Source: a virus. From it: DNA of 64,000 nt. The DNA lies in the IMG/VR virus record IMGVR_UViG_3300017963_000253, positions 11,134-75,133 of that record, one strand, 5' to 3'. Positions within the stretch are counted from its first letter, which is position 1. Every line of letters begins with the position of its first letter. Below the pieces are notes generated by a model, which saw only the letters and a list, made by a program, of their open reading frames with translations, searched no databases and was not told the origin of the DNA. Made by a program: the position numbers and the translations under genes. Of this stretch, positions 63,134-64,000 are shown piece by piece.

Positions 63134-63913
63134 GTGAAACGGGGAGGTACTCCATTGTCAAAACGGAAGTTACCTAGTCCAGGGGAGGTCTACGCGCTCC
63201 TATCCCCACGGTTCCCCCCGGGGTCCGTCTTTCGATTCGAGGAGGGATTGCATGTCCTCTACTCCGCCGGAGCCCGGTCCTGCTGGCCGGACTTAGATCA
63301 TTTAACCTTTGCCGTCCTGTTAGAACAACTCTGTAGTGCCAACGGGGGGAGACCCCCCACGCTGGTTGGAATAGGGCAATCTGATCAGTTCTCAGAGGTC
63401 CGGGTCCTGACCGCTCGGGAGTGTCTGGAGCGCTGGGAACCCCGAGACGCGCTCCTCCTGAACGTCCGGCGTCTAGCCCTCCGGGGTTTGGAGGAGGAGA
63501 CTTGGGCCGCGGCGGAGGGCCTGGAGGACCGGGGTTGGGCATCCGCCCCGAGCGCTAAGAGTCTGCAGGAGGAGCTTTCGGATGAAGTCGAAGATGGCGG
63601 TTCACTGCGGGGGGAGGATGGAGGCGGAGTTCAAGCCGGAGCGCGGGCGCTGGGTGACGACGCTCCCCTGCCCCGCGGGGTTGGAGCCGGGGTTGGAACC
63701 GATCCAGCTCTACGAGAGGTGCCTCCGGTGCCCGGTGAAGCGGAGGGTACGGTGGACGCGTACCGGGAGTTTTTGAGTCGTAACGTGGTCTACAACGCGG
63801 AGACCGGGGAGCGGATCTACGGGGTCCGATTCTCCCCGGAGTTCCACAAGATGAGCGACGGGACCCTGAAGTGGACCGGGGTCTCCGTGGTTCCCTTCGA
63901 AGAGGAGAGGTGA
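63134..63913 (+). CDS. hypothetical protein (may comprise more than one gene)
   Basis: Long ORF with an internal RBS+GTG near 63752. Confidence 0.45.
   Translation: MKRGGTPLSKRKLPSPGEVYALLSPRFPPGSVFRFEEGLHVLYSAGARSCWPDLDHLTFAVLLEQLCSANGGRPPTLVGIGQSDQFSEVRVLTARECLERWEPRDALLLNVRRLALRGLEEETWAAAEGLEDRGWASAPSAKSLQEELSDEVEDGGSLRGEDGGGVQAGARALGDDAPLPRGVGAGVGTDPALREVPPVPGEAEGTVDAYREFLSRNVVYNAETGERIYGVRFSPEFHKMSDGTLKWTGVSVVPFEEER
63582..63776 (+). CDS. small Cys-containing protein nested in another frame
   Basis: GGAGGAG RBS, ATG, CLRCP. Confidence 0.4.
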   Translation: MKSKMAVHCGGRMEAEFKPERGRWVTTLPCPAGLEPGLEPIQLYERCLRCPVKRRVRWTRTGSF

Positions 63914-63914
63914 C

Positions 63915-64000
63915 GTGAACGAGAAGGTAAGGAAGGTTCTGGAGACGGAGAAGAAGCGCCTGGAGTTGACGCTGGAGGAGCAGAAAAAATCCCTTGCGGA
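63915..64000 (+). CDS. hypothetical protein (3'-truncated)
   Basis: GAGGAGAGG RBS, GTG, open to the window end. Confidence 0.55.
   Translation, partial: MNEKVRKVLETEKKRLELTLEEQKKSLA

Noticed and set aside
1-64000. Stop-codon reassignment, introns/inteins, reverse transcriptase/DGR, purZ or 7-deazaguanine genes
   Set aside because: Genes are full-length in code 11 with TGA/TAG/TAA stops; polymerase, RNR and DnaB show no obvious intervening elements; no such enzyme motifs were seen.

Overview
64 kb of a high-GC, tailed dsDNA phage (myovirus-type baseplate), with essentially every credible gene on the + strand. Gene order: contractile-tail/baseplate/fibre module (1-16.0 kb); membrane/lysis cassette with an MshEN-type protein (16.0-18.6 kb); SF2 helicase and a lambda-like initiator/DnaC/DnaB/primase block with an iteron origin (18.8-26.2 kb); an AT-flanked serine-recombinase islet; a sigma70-family factor with an inserted C2H2 zinc finger; a nucleotide-modification operon (FAD oxidoreductase, dUTPase-HAD fusion, divergent ThyX, dNMP kinase, SDR, IbrB-X-IbrA) running into a family B DNA polymerase; T4-like recombination genes; then MTase, RuvC, endolysin, class II RNR, glycosylase, dCMP deaminase, 5'-3' exonuclease and an orphan beta-helix fibre gene. 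The two best candidates for undescribed systems are (1) a base-replacement pathway built on a ThyX paralogue that lacks the folate-stacking His and the RHR/Ser motif, and (2) a transcription cascade in which a zinc-finger sigma factor may read a recurrent 16-bp CATCTYGGWTAKNAGT motif upstream of probably leaderless genes and a small anti-SD hairpin RNA. All family calls come from motif recognition by eye; no searches were run.
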